DNA of 64,000 nucleotides from Vicugna vicugna (GCA_013265495.1 MU057809.1:1603062-1667061), one strand, 5' to 3'. Positions 22,598 to 34,440 are shown, counted from the stretch's first letter. Program-made: numbers and translations. Notes: generated by a model not told the origin, from the letters alone.

Positions 22598-25500
22598 GTG
22601 GGGCGTCCATGATCAGGGTGCTGGCGATGGGGGGACGTCTGGTGAGGCCGCTTCCAGCTCTGTCCTTGCGCTGAGTACTTGTGGAAGGAGAGAGTGCTCT
22701 GGCATCTCTTGTTCTTGGACACTGTACCCCTCCTCCGAGAGGCCCACCTCTGCCTCCCAACCCATCATGGGTTTGGGCTTACACACGTGAATTCTGGGGG
22801 CACAGCGTTCAGCCCACAACACACATGTGGCGGGAGGTGCTTAGGGTCTGGCTGTGCATGGATGAAAGGGGCACGCACCACTCCCCCCACAGGGTCAGGA
22901 CCCCCTGTGACCCACTGTGCTGTCAGTGTCACTCAGATGTAATCAGCAAGTGATGGCTCTCGGAGCCAGTTGATGGGAGGGAAGCCCGGCTTGAAGATTC
23001 GGGCTCGTGTGATCAGAGCACAAGGTTACCGAGTTTCAGAGCTGGGAGGGGTCCCGGGTGCAGTTTCAGCACCAACACGTCACAGCTGAGGGACTGGAGA
23101 GACCCAAGGGGAAGCAGAGGGCTTGCTGAATTACAACCATCCGTGGATGGCCCAGGGCCTGCAGAGCCCTCCGCTTGCGTCCTCTCCTGTTGCTTCACAG
23201 CAGCCGCCCTGGGGAACAGGACCCTTTGCCCTCCGCATGGCAGAATAGGGTCTGGAGATGGCAGCACTGAACGCAGGGAGTACGGGGAGGAGCAGGGACC
23301 GACCCTGGTCTTCACACAGCCCTGCAAGATGACCCCTCCATCAACTGCACCTTCTTTTCCTTCCCTGGAAGAAAGTGACTCTTCTGAGCTCAGGTAGGAC
23401 AGACGGCGGTGATGACATAGGGAAGCTTAAATCTGCCAAAAGCAAGCAGAGGGCAGCTGCCCAGTCCAGGGGGGATGTCAAGGAGAAGGATGTCCAGCCA
23501 TGTCCCAGGGTGGGGCCAGGCACCCTCAAAGTCCCTTTTGATGCTGCAACACCTCTCGTCAGAGGGACCAATCATAGATAGCAGACTTTTCCATGAGCAG
23601 AAGGAGCCGAATTCTCCCGGACAGCTGCCAAGAGGCGGCCACGGTGGAAAGGGTTCCCCGAAAGCCCTCGGAGAAGCAGCAGTGACTGAGTCACATGTCA
23701 AAGGAAGTGGCATCTGAGAGCTTCCTGCACATACACCCAGCGAGGTTCGAGTCTGAGGTTGTGGGCGAAGGTTTCTCTAGCGCAGCAAGAAGGGAAAGAG
23801 AACAAAACAGCGGCCCTGCAATAAAGCTGGCCCTGTGGGAGCTCGGTGACCCCGGTGACGAGACACCGCCGACATGGACGGGAGGCTTTGGTGCACGAAG
23901 CCCGTCCCAGAGCCCCGACTGTCCGGCTGAGGACTTCAGTTCAACCTCCTCCCAGTGCCGTTTTATCTCCGCCTTGAAACCGTGGTTCTAAACATTGCAG
24001 GCCCTTCACTGCTGACTCAGCTGCCGGAGCCAAAACTCATAAAATCCTATTTCCAAAAGGTCCAGTGATTTTATTTTCTGATCATAAATATGAAATTTAA
24101 TTAGCAGCTTGCAGCTAATGAAGTGGCCGTGGCACTGGAGATATGGAGAGGGGACAAGAACGTCCCCGTAAAGCAGAACCCACCACCTGCTAACCCTCCC
24201 CCGCCCTCTGCCCCTCACACCCCGAGGCCTGGGGAGGGCCAGGGCCAGGCGTTCACACAGGCAGAGAGTCAGATGTGGCTCTGGCTCAGATGTCCCCTCC
24301 CTGGGCTGGTGGGAAATTCCCAGGCACACTGGCCCCGTGGCCCCGTCAGAGGCCCGGCTCTGTCTCCACAGCAGAAGGAAGGGGGTGGGAAGAAAAAAAG
24401 TCTCTGCCAAGAAGCCGAGGAAGAACCACTAGAGCTTAGAAAGACCCCAGTTACCCTCCTTGGTGCTGGGCATCCCTGGTGAGCGGCTTAATGATAGCCA
24501 CACTTCACAGAACACACCAGACCTACATCCACCCTGTCCCTCCAACCACCCCTGCCTTGGTACCCAGAAATGATCCATAAGCAGTCTATCTGTAAGCTGG
24601 AAATAATCATGCCCACAGCTGGCAGAATTTTAGTGATGACTAAACACATTTCTAGACACTTGCCTGGAATACAGTAGGTGCTCAATAAATGAGAGCTTTC
24701 ATTAACATCATCCTTGGGTGAGTTCATTAGTTAAACACAAAGCCCAGAACTCACTAAGGACTGAAGTCCTACGGAGAAGAAATGCGCTGATCCAAGTGCT
24801 CTAATCAGGGAGCTGAAGTTAAAATACAATGGTTAATTTCCTAAACGTGGTGGGGGAGAAACCCAGTCCGCAGGGTTGGAGGTGAAATAATGCTAACATC
24901 AAAGTGTGTTCCGCGTGCAGTGTCTGAAGTTCAAGTATGTGTGGGTGCTGTGACACGTGTCCTTTACACGCGCAGAGGTCGTGGCCATGCACGCACCCCA
25001 CATGCGAACGGGGGAGCGGGTGCACGGACTCCCCGAACATGAATACCCGTCAGACATGAGAAAGGGCCACACTCCCTCCCGACGGGATCTGCAGCGTCCA
25101 ACTCCAGGCTCAGTTTGCACTCAAGGCACGGGAGACTACAGTCCAGAAAAAAGGTTACGGCAGAAGGCAACAGAGTTTGAGGGCGGTTTTTCTTGCTTAT
25201 TGTTTTTAAACTGAAGATTGTTGCCATTCTGCTGGCATGTGGGCTCCTGAACAAGCAGGAAGAACGGGTGTTTTGGCCCCTGGGGGCTCCACGGGGAGTT
25301 CCCCTGGGTCAGGGGCGAGCTGTCTGAGATGCTGGAGGCTGACCCCTCTCAGGTGCACCTGTCAGTCCCAGCGGGTGCGGCCAGCTTCGAGAACGGAACG
25401 TTCCAGGTAAACGAAGCTTGGGAAAATCAAGCCCGCTTCTCTTCACCGACTGGGTTTGGCGCTGTGGTCTCCCCCGTGCCACCAGCACCCGCGGGCTCCC

Positions 25501-25849
25501 CAGCGAGGGGCTGCCCTTGGATCGAGGAAGGACAAGCCTGACGCCACATGAGATCTGCTCCTTTGGCTCTAACCCCGTGCTCTGTTTCCTGCTCTTCTCC
25601 ACGGAGGGATTAACGTTTAGCGGGAGGAATAACTGATCCTCGGCTGGGGAGCCCCGTGTGGGCCTGGCTGCAGAGCCGGGTCTCAGTAAGTCTGCCCTGA
25701 CTCACCCGACACCCGTCTCCAGGCAGGAGGGCCCCGCTCTCTCCACCAAGTGCTGGAGAGTCCTTATGCCTCTTTAACCCGGTCCCATCAAGCGCCTCTC
25801 CCAGGAAAGGCACGGGAAGGGGAGCTGAGAGCCCCCGCACCTTCTCAGA

Positions 25850-26420
25850 ACCGCCCCCCGCCCCCGGGATGCAGAGATTCCCGGCCCTAGTGACCCGCGG
25901 GACTGGCCGGGCCCCACGCCCGCTCAGGGCCGTCTGGCTCCAGGTCGCGGTCTCGGCTCCGGCCGCGTGTAACGGGTCGCCTCTTCTACGAACACCTGCT
26001 TGGGAAGAGTGAGAACAGCTCTTCCTGACTGAGGACTTTCAGACGCCAGGGACCCTGCGCCGGCGGGGAGGCGGGCAGAGCTGGCCCGGGGAAGCGGGGC
26101 CGCGAGGACGCGGGGAGGGGCGGGCTGTGCGCGGGGCGCCCTGCGGGCGGGGCTCGGAGGCCGCGGAAGCGCGCACAGGCGCCCCGTCAGAAGTGCCGAG
26201 TGCCCTGCCGGCAGCTGCGCCGCTCAGCTCGGGCTGCCGTAGCCGAGCACCCTGCACCGGCAGCAGAGACCCAGACGCAGCCCCTCCCACAGCTCTGGAG
26301 GCCGGACGGCCGAGGGCAAGCTGCCGGCAGGGTCCTTCCTCGTGGGGCCTCCCTTGGCTTGCACACGGCCGGGTCCCGCCGCGTCCGCACGTGGCCACTC
26401 CTGCGTGTGTGCGCCTTCCT
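25850..26420. promoter_or_regulatory. CpG island (orphan promoter/enhancer candidate)
   Basis: Dense CpG, several GGGCGG GC boxes, ETS-like CGGAAG near 26164. Confidence 0.65.
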
Positions 26421-26578
26421 GCTGTCTCCTCCTCTTGTCCTTAGGACGGCAGTCCTCCTGGACCAGGGCCCCACCCTTAGCACCTCATTTAATCCTAATT
26501 ACATCCTTAAAGGCCCCGTCTCCAAATACAGTCATACTGGGGCTGCAAGGCACGGACGTGTGAGTTCAGTCCATAACG
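26214..26578 (-). mobile_element. MaLR LTR (MLT1B-like)
   Basis: CACAGCTCTGGAGGCCGG, CCTCATTTAATCCTAATTACATCCTTAAAGGCCCCGTCTCCAAATACAGTCA, TTCAGTCCATAAC. Confidence 0.85.
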
Positions 26579-27019
26579 GTAATTAAGCATCATGCCTCTT
26601 CTCCGGACACGACAAGATGTATGAACCAAGACAGACTTTTTTAAACACAGGAGACTTCACTGATAACACCCAAATGAACACAATCCTTTAAGACAGTCTT
26701 TTCAACAATGCCACGACCGCTCAGCACAGTAGGTGGAACTTTCTCTGAAATGCTCTCAGTGATTTTAGAAGCCATGGTCCAGAGCTTGGAAGACAATCGC
26801 AAAGAGCAAGCACTCCAGTCATTGTGTGTGTGTGACACTGGGAAAGGTACAGGACCGACACGATAGCCCTGCCTGAGCGCTTCAGCCATGCCCCTACGTT
26901 GGCCTGTGCTGCTCCCTGGGTCTGGAGCGTCTGTCCTAGCTGTCTGTCTGGCACACTCCTACACACCCGTCAGGGCCCAGTGCCACCACTGTCTGAACCC
27001 CCTCGCAGCAATGTCCCCC

Positions 27020-27215
27020 AAACCCTGACTTTCAGAGCAGCGCTTGCCACCACGGGTTGTGCTTGGCCCGTGTGATTCAAGGATCTGTCCTTGAGACAGG
27101 AGATCTGCCTTTTCACCAGTGGAACCAAGGCCTTCATCGATCAATTGCCCTCCCTTCCCCGCTCTGTGATCCCTATTAAATCCTTGTCTCAGGGACTGCT
27201 TTGGGGGAACCCAGA
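27020..27215 (+). mobile_element. ERVL LTR 3' fragment (LTR16-like)
   Basis: AAATCCTTGTCTCAGGGACTGCTTTGGGGGAACCCA terminal motif. Confidence 0.45.
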
Positions 27216-27718
27216 TGGAGCCATGATCTGGAACAGCAGACAGAGCTGAGCTCAAATCCCAGCTCCAATGAAGGCTCGTTGGAGCTTGCTGGATTCAAAC
27301 CAAACAACACACACAAGGCCCTATCCCCAGTCCTTAAACCAGCACCTCCGGGAGACGGACACACACCATTTCTCAGCGAGAAGAAAGCCTTGTGGCGCAG
27401 CCCACGTGGGAAGGTGGCGCCAGGCCCTGGGCTGGTGCAGGATGGGACCACGTCTTACTGTAGGCTTGTGTCAACTCAGATACAGTCTTGAGACCAGGAG
27501 GCCCACAGCAGGGAAGACCCCTCCTGCGCTGTGAGAAACAAGCTTCCCGGAGCCGTGACCCCCGACACAACAGCTCCTGGGGGCTGCGAACAGGACGGCG
27601 GTCTAGATCTGGGCTCTCAGCTCACGCTGTAGAGTGAAAAGACGGGGTTATTTTTGTTTCTATGCAGAATCAAGCTGACACGGTCCAATTTTACCCGAGA
27701 AAGATCAAAAGGGAAGTT

Positions 27719-27908
27719 TTACTGCACAGAGAACTATATTCAACCTCTTGCAATAACTTTTAATGAAAAAGAATACGAAAACGAACATATGAATGTATAT
27801 GCATGTATATGCGTGCCCGGGACATGGTTCTGCACACCAGAAATGGACACACTGTAACTGACTACACTTCAATATAAAAAGTAAATAAATAATAAAAATT
27901 AAAATAAA
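27719..27908 (+). mobile_element. 5'-truncated camelid L1 3' end
   Basis: GAACTATATTCAA...AATGAAAAAGAATA...CACACCAGAAATGGACAC...ACTTCAAT plus A tail; perfect TSD AAAAGGGAAGTT (27707-27718 / 27909-27920). Confidence 0.9.
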
Positions 27909-27978
27909 AAAAGGGAAGTTGGAACTTGGAGCTGTAGTAAGGGCTCTGTGTTGGCTGCTAGTTCTCTGAAAGGGAACC

Positions 27979-28380
27979 TGTGGCAGTTTTAAATTATGAC
28001 CCCAATTCTCTGCCACACCTCCCACCTCTGGGCAGGGCCTACGTCCCCTCCCTGGGGTCGGGGCTGTGCAATGACTTCATCCACAAGAAGAAGCGGGGTG
28101 ACGCAAGCCCGTGCCGGGACGCAGGCAGCGAGAAACTGGCAGCTTCCACAGCCTGTCACCCTTCACACCCAGCCACCATGCTGGGAGGGTGCGGAGTCCA
28201 CTGTCCAGAGGCCCGTGTGGAGAGGAATGGAGGTTCCCGGTCCTCAGGCTCAGCTTCCGGCCAACAGCCTTGCGAGTGTGCCCTCTTGGAGGAGCGGATT
28301 CCAGCCAAGCTCAGCCCAGACTGCACATTCATGGGCCAAATGATCACCGTTGCTTAAAGTCACTACACTTTGGAGTACGC
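27979..28380 (+). mobile_element. MaLR LTR (MLT1F/G-like)
   Basis: TGTGGCAGTTTTAAATTATGACCCCAATTCT, CTGGCAGCTTCCAC, CCCAGCCACCATGCTG, GAGGCCCGTGTGGAGAGGAA. Confidence 0.8.
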
Positions 28381-28824
28381 AAACACACTTAACCTGGACA
28401 CCAGCTCTGTGGCCTCAGGCAGATGCTTAACTTCTCCAGGTCTCAGTGTCCTCAACGGTAAAGAGAGTAGGATTCAAAGATTTCCAGCGTAGCTTTCAGC
28501 TCAAATGTTACACTGCATTCTTTTAACGTCAATAATCTTTTTCCTGGTTTTATCATAAAACAGAACGCCCTTTCTCCAGTTCACTAAAAAATTCCTTGTA
28601 CATACAAGAACACTGTCAGTGCTTCGCAGACACCCACGTCTCCCTGTCTGTCCCGGGGGTCTTGTTTGACGCCGCCTCTAATGCAGGCGGCCAGAGGCAG
28701 GGCCGGGGAACCCGCATATAAATGCCAATGCTGCGCTGCCGACAGCGTTTTGAGTGGCAAGGCCTTTGTCCCTTTGTCGGTCATCAACAGCAGCCACTAG
28801 CCATGGAACTGAACACGGAAAGGC

Positions 28825-28965
28825 AGTATCTCATTTAATCCTTATGACAGCTCTATGAGGAAGCTTTTAGAATTATATGTACTTGACAGATTGGAGACTC
28901 AGCACATACATAAGTCAGGCGACCTGTCCAAGGTCACAGTGAGTGAGTCTGAATCTAGGTCAGCT
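28825..28965 (-). mobile_element. MIR SINE
   Basis: TATCTCATTTAATCCTTATGACAGCTCTATGAGG and GACCTGTCCAAGGTCACA. Confidence 0.7.
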
Positions 28966-29760
28966 CACAGATGCACATTGCCTGGCCGTCCTCTTTTAAA
29001 CACCAGGTGATGTGAGATTAACTGTTTTTTGGGGTTTTTTTGGGGGGGTTTAATCACCCCTTTCGTGCCTGCAGCTAGCCAGCTGGGGTGAAAGTCCATC
29101 ACAGAAGGACAGAACCGGGGACACGAGAACACATCAAGAATAACAAAACAGAGTTACCAAAGATAGAGGTGACTTTTTCAGGTTTCTATCCCCAGCCGTG
29201 ATTAATTCACAGCTTTTTACATGCTAATGTTTTCCTGCCTTCTGCCAGTAATAAATAACCAATATGCCTTAATACCTAGTTATTACTCATCCCTTTCAGA
29301 TATTTGGATTTTGAGTCTTCGCTGCAGTTCAATCACATTGAATTTCTTTAACCAGGACAGCTCCATTAAGAGTCCCCTTCAAGGACATCCCGGGAGGGCA
29401 GAGACAGTAATGGATAGCGGGTGACAAGGGAGAGAGGGGAGCGGAGACACGAAATATTAGCAGCCATGGGGAAAAGAAGGGGAGACAGTAATAAAAACAC
29501 CACCAAACCACATGTAAGTAACGTTAAGGTCATGACACAGACCAATAAAACCAAGAAACTTACATTTGCAGCTGACGCGCCCTTTGTAATGTGCCTCCCT
29601 TCTCCTGTTTCCTCACAGAAACGTGGGTCTGCTTCACCACTGTCCCCATGTGGAGCTCCCCTCTTACTCTGGAAGGAGCTAACGATGGCCCACCAGCCCT
29701 GACTGTGCATTCTAGAAGGTTCCCTGGAGCTTCCTTCATCTTCTCTTCCTCAAAGTGGTG

Positions 29761-30295
29761 GTGTTTTTTTTTTAAATTATAGTCAGCTACAGTGTGTCAA
29801 TTTCTGGTGTACAGCATAATGTCCCAGTCATGCATATGCGAACATATATTCATTTTCATATTCTTTCCCATTAAAGGTTATTACAAAATATTGAATATAG
29901 TTCCCTGTGCTCTACAGAAGAAATTTGTTTTTTAATCTATTTTTGTATATAATGGTTAATATTGGCAACTCTCAAATGTATCCCTTCCCACCCTCTTTCC
30001 CCTGGTACCATAGATTGTTTATTATGTCTGTGAGTCTGTTTCTGTTTTGTAGATGAGTTCATTAGTGTCCTCTTTCTTCTTCTTCTTTTTTTTTTTCTTT
30101 TTTAGATTCTACATGTGAGTGATATTGTATGGTATTTCTCTTTCTCTTTCTGGCTCACTTCATTTAGATTGACAATCTCCAGATCCATCCATGTTGCTGC
30201 AAATGGCATTATTTTATTCTTTTTTTATGGCTGAGTAGTATTCCATTGTATAAATAGACCACAGCTTCCTTATCCAGTCATCTGTCAATGGACAT
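29761..30295 (-). mobile_element. 5'-truncated camelid L1 3' end
   Basis: Poly(T) then GTGTCAATTTCTGGTGTACAGC, ATATTGAATATAGTTCCCTGTGCT, CCATCCATGTTGCTGCAAATGGC; TSD CTCAAAGTGGTG (29749-29760 / 30296-30307). Confidence 0.92.
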
Positions 30296-30672
30296 CTCAA
30301 AGTGGTGTTCAAGCAACAGAGGCCAAACCCTCCAAGCCAAGGCTAGTTAGAAGAATCATTTCCTTCTGAAGAAGTTATCCATCGTCCTAGGACCCCAGAA
30401 CGCTCTGGCCATCTTGTCCGCCACTCAACACATGGAAACTCACATCATCCTTTTGGGCTCACTGAGGACCAGACATGACAAGCTCTCTCCATTCTCCCCT
30501 GTGGCCACTTTAAGAACGCAAGCCTCACTCCTATGGTCCCTGGTGGGGCACCCTCCTTGGTGGCCCCCAGGGCCTCCCTTGTCAGTCCTCTGCCTCTTTT
30601 CAGGGTCGCCTACTCTCTTCACTGCAGGTATCACCTGGGACGCTTCCAGCGCAAGGAGACCTTCCCCGGGGG

Positions 30673-31146
30673 GCGGTGCTTCTTAACTCTCTGGAGTCCC
30701 TTTGGTATCTGGAACCACTTCTGGGATAATGGTTTTAAACACATGAAATAACACACAGTGGATTACAAACTATACTGAAATAGAGTTATCAAATATTTTT
30801 AAAATTGTGACTTTCTAATATGTATGCCTTCGTATGAATGCATCAAATAACCTCTAACACGTGGTTTTGAAAGGAGAGGCCAACAATATTCTGAGGTATC
30901 TGCAAGAACCACGTGGGATGTGAAAATACTTGTGATTTCCGTTGGCAACAAATTAAAAGTGTTTCCGACACTACGATGGCCTGTCACCTGAATTCATAAT
31001 TGAAGGAAATGGCAACTTTTCATGAGGGTTAGTGGAAATAAAGACATAATTTCTTCCCTCCAAGCTCACGGGGCCCCTGAAGTCTGTCCATAGATCCCTG
31101 GCAGGGCCGGGCGTCGGGCTCTGGGCTCCGGGTTAGGAACCCCTGC
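30673..31146. mobile_element. hAT-Charlie DNA transposon relic (MER119-like)
   Basis: TIR-like ends GTGCTTCTTAAC / GGTTAGGAACCCCTG; internal GAAATAGAGTTATCAAATATTTTT and GGTTAGTGGAAATAAAGAC. Confidence 0.65.
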
Positions 31147-31442
31147 CCCAGGGTCACACTCCACCCGTTTCCTTGGAAGCACCTGCAGAACCACCTGTCT
31201 TCCCTGCAGGTCCCCAGAGGTCAGGAACCCCGCCTGTCTCATTTGTAGCAGCCGCACGATGCCTGGCAAAGTGCCCGGCAAGTGCAGACGCGTGAGAGCC
31301 ATGTGCTGAATACACGACCTGGTGCAAGTTCACTTTGTGCACAGCATTTCTGGACGGCTCCTTGAGAACGGTGGTGAATCCTGGGCTTCCCCCTTTGCCT
31401 CTGTGAGCACTCATTCGATCAACGCAGTACTTACATATTTGT

Positions 31443-31830
31443 TTATTTTAATTGAGCTCTAATCCACATGTCATAAAACTTACAATTTCAAGTATACAAG
31501 TCAGTGCATTTTAGTGCAGTCAGTCCCAAGGCTGTGTCACCATCACTGCCATCTAATTCCAGAACATTTTCATCACGCCTCAAAGGAAACTGCACACCCA
31601 GCAGCAGACACTCCGCACCCCTTCTGTCCCCCAGCCCCTGGCAACTACTAATCTGCTTCGTGTCTCTGTGGATGTCCGCTCTGGGCGTTACTTCTTTTAT
31701 TCAGTGTAACGTTTTCCAGGTCCATCCACGCTGTAGCAATGCGTTTCTTGTCATGGCTGAGTAGTATTTTTCGTTGTAGGGACAGACCACATTTTGCATC
31801 CACCCATCTGTTGATGGACATTTGGATACT
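31443..31830 (-). mobile_element. L1MB-type 3' end
   Basis: TCTAATTCCAGAACATTTTCATCAC, CCCCAGCCCCTGGCAACTACTAATCTGCTT, TGTTGATGGACATTTGG. Confidence 0.88.
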
Positions 31831-31903
31831 TATTGGGCACAAATATGTGCCTCATGGCAACTCGAGGCAAGCAGGGTCCCTGTCCTCACTGGGCCAGAAC
31901 AGC

Positions 31904-32370
31904 AGGCTCTGAGGCCAGATCCTTAAACCTGGGACCCCTCAGTTTCCTCACCTATAAAATGGGGGCATATCTTCCTCTTAGGGTGGTAGTGAGGCTTTAG
32001 AAAGTGAATACAAAAATTATACAATAAAAAATTTAAATTAAAAAAATACTTTAAACTGATAAAAACATAGCAGACACTGACTACTGTACATAAAATGGAT
32101 AAACAACAAGTTTCTCTTGTATAGTCTGGGGACTATATTCAGTATCTTGTATCACCTAGAATGAGAAAGAATATGGAAAGGAAGACGTGTGTGTACGTAC
32201 AACTGAAATGTGATGCTGTGCACCAGGAACTGATACAACACTGGAGACTGACTATTATGCTTCAATAAAAAAGAATGCAAAAAAGAGAGTGAACACACAA
32301 AAAAAGAGCAAATACACGTGAAAGACTTAGAACAGCACTTGCCACAGAGTGTGTTCGGGGAGTCGAGGCA
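31904..32370 (+). mobile_element. MIR interrupted by a camelid L1 3' fragment (about 32071-32284)
   Basis: MIR core CCTCAGTTTCCTCACCTATAAAATGGG resumes as GTGAAAGACTTAGAACAG; L1 part ATAAAATGGATAAACAACAAG...GACTATATTCAGTATCTTGTA. Confidence 0.8.
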
Positions 32371-32584
32371 GTAAGTTGCGACGGTTATGCTGTGTGATTG
32401 ACGCCAGGAAAGAAACAGGTGCTGACAGAGAGCTGTACAGAGGGGCAGACACTGAGAGGAGGCGGTCAGAGAGCCCAGCGTCGGTGTTTATTCAAGACCC
32501 AAATGACGAGGAGGAGCCAACTAAGTGAAGCATCAGGGCACCAGGGGTCCTGGCACAAAGGTATGGGAAAAAAGTGGTCCAGGG

Positions 32585-32800
32585 CAGTGATGTCCAACGG
32601 GAAGATGTCAGGTGTGGATGTGGGCCACAGATGCCACCTTAAATTTTCAAACAGCCGCATTAAAGAAAGTCAAAAGAAATAGGTAAAATTAATTTTAACA
32701 ATGTATTGTATTTCACCTAACAGATCCAAAATGTGATCATTTGGACATGCAATCAGTATAAAAAACGTCGATGAGATTGTCTGTGTCCTTTTTTTTCTCA
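32585..32800. mobile_element. MER33-like hAT-Charlie relic
   Basis: AAATTTTCAAACAGCCGCATTAAAG...AGGTAAAATTAATTTTAACAAT...ATCCAAAATGTGATCATTT. Confidence 0.75.
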
Positions 32801-32809
32801 TTCTCAGAC

Positions 32810-32965
32810 TAAGAAGCTATTGGAGAGTTTCGGGTCTGAGAGTGACATGATGTGATCTGCATCTGAAACAGACTGAGGAGGCTCAGAGTGGGACAGGCTC
32901 TGGGGAGACAAGTGCAGAGGCGGGGGGACAACCTGGGAGGCAAGGGATGATGGTGACCTTGGACG
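32810..32965 (-). mobile_element. L2 fragment
   Basis: GAAGCTATTGGAGAGTTT...GAGTGACATGATGTGATCTGCAT and GATGATGGTGACCTTGGAC. Confidence 0.6.
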
Positions 32966-34089
32966 TCTGATGCTGCCCGTGGACATGGAAGGGCTGACCG
33001 TTGACACACAGCAAGACGACCTTGTCAGGTACCAGATGGCGGGTGCACACAAGGCATTATTGTTGTTACCACCCCGAAGGTATCTTGATACTGGGAACCA
33101 CGTGTGTTTCGTTCACCCCTCTATCCCCACTGCCTGGCCCAGAGCTTGGCCAACGATGCCCGCCTGCTTATAGAGTCCTACCTGGCTCTAGCCTCCAGGC
33201 GTTTGGAGGCCACGTACTTCGAAGCAGATTGCATGAGCTTCCCTGTGTGGTCTGCTATTCTCCTGTCTACCTAGTCTTCACAGCCTGGCCTATTAATAAT
33301 GAATCTTTGCCAGAAGGGCCTCTCACTAGCCTTAATCCACTGTCACATCAGCTCAGTGATGCGTTTTTGGTTAAGAGCCCAAAGTCAGGAGGGCACAGGA
33401 ATGGGTGCCCCACCTACAATCTGGCCCAGAAAGCACTGGGACCTCCTCTCTTCCACTTCTTCAATTACTTCTCCACCTCGGGTCCCTGTGGGGAGAGGCC
33501 ACATCCCAGGACTCTAGGTCCCAGGCCACTACGAGCTTTCTGCAGAAAGCATGTGCCACGCAAAGACCTGGGCATGGAGTCAGCCAGTCCAGCAAACTCT
33601 GCCGTCAGCAGCTGGGAACTTGGGCGAGGTGCTCCCCATCTATAAAATCGAAATCATGACGTCTGCTCCCCGGTGGCGTGGGGAACTAGCACTTATGAAG
33701 CCTTGACTGCGATGGCTTCCATGTCACAATGAGCGTATGTGCATAACCGCCCCCCCCCGGAAATGACATCAATCCCCTCCCCCAAGAAACCCGTCCTCTA
33801 GGCAGGGGGACAAACCAAGGTACCCGAGCAGCTGGGAAACGGGGGGACAATCACACGCTAACTGGCTGGGACTAACAACCAGGGCATCCTGATGGCCACT
33901 TCTGATTTTTCACGACAACCTTGAGGGTAAGACGACAGACTCTGGGTTGGCTCCTTCCTGCCACAGGGACTCACAAGCTGGTGGACAGCGTCGCCTGCAG
34001 GGTGCGACTGCAGCTCCGTCTTCATGAGCGTTTGCGGAGGGAATGTGTAAACCTTGGGCAAGGTCTCAAGTCGGGAAACCAAAGAGCTC

Positions 34090-34440
34090 ACTTCCAGGCC
34101 CCGCTGTGTTCGACATTTTTGGCAAAGACGTGAGTGGAGGCATCAAGGAGGATCTCGCCGGACCCGCAGGCTGCGCGGAGCGGGGACCCGTGGTTCCTGT
34201 GGCAGACGCACGCATCGGCCCGCGGAGCGCCGCGACAGGCAAGCGCAGGAGGCCCGGCCCACGAGGCGGAGCTCCGCAGAGCCGGACGCAAGCGCAGGCT
34301 CCGCCTTACGGCGCGTGCGAGGACAGGCGCGGGCCGCCGGCGCGGCAGGGGCTGCGGGGGGCAGGAAACGGAAGCAAAACACACGGCGGGCTTCTTCGAT
34401 TAACTTCGTGCTCGAAGTGACACAGCAATGTGACGCGGGT
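34090..34440. promoter_or_regulatory. CpG island with NRF1-like and ETS motifs
   Basis: GCAAGCGCAGG twice (34239-34249, 34288-34298); CAGGAAACGGAAGC (34362-34375); dense CpG. Confidence 0.65.

Larger units (their letters stand above)
21922..22821 (-). mobile_element. MLT1A-like MaLR LTR split by a younger LTR (pieces 21922-21991 and 22598-22821)
   Basis: GGCTTAAACAGC...CAGTCCTGGAGG continues after the insertion as GTCCATGATCAGGGTGCTGGC...TCTGGTGAGG, ending GAATTCTGGGGGCACAGCGTTCAGCCCACAACA. Confidence 0.8.

Noticed and set aside
33001..33645. 214-aa plus-strand ORF
   Set aside because: Non-ATG start, overlaps L2/MIR relics, no recognisable domain
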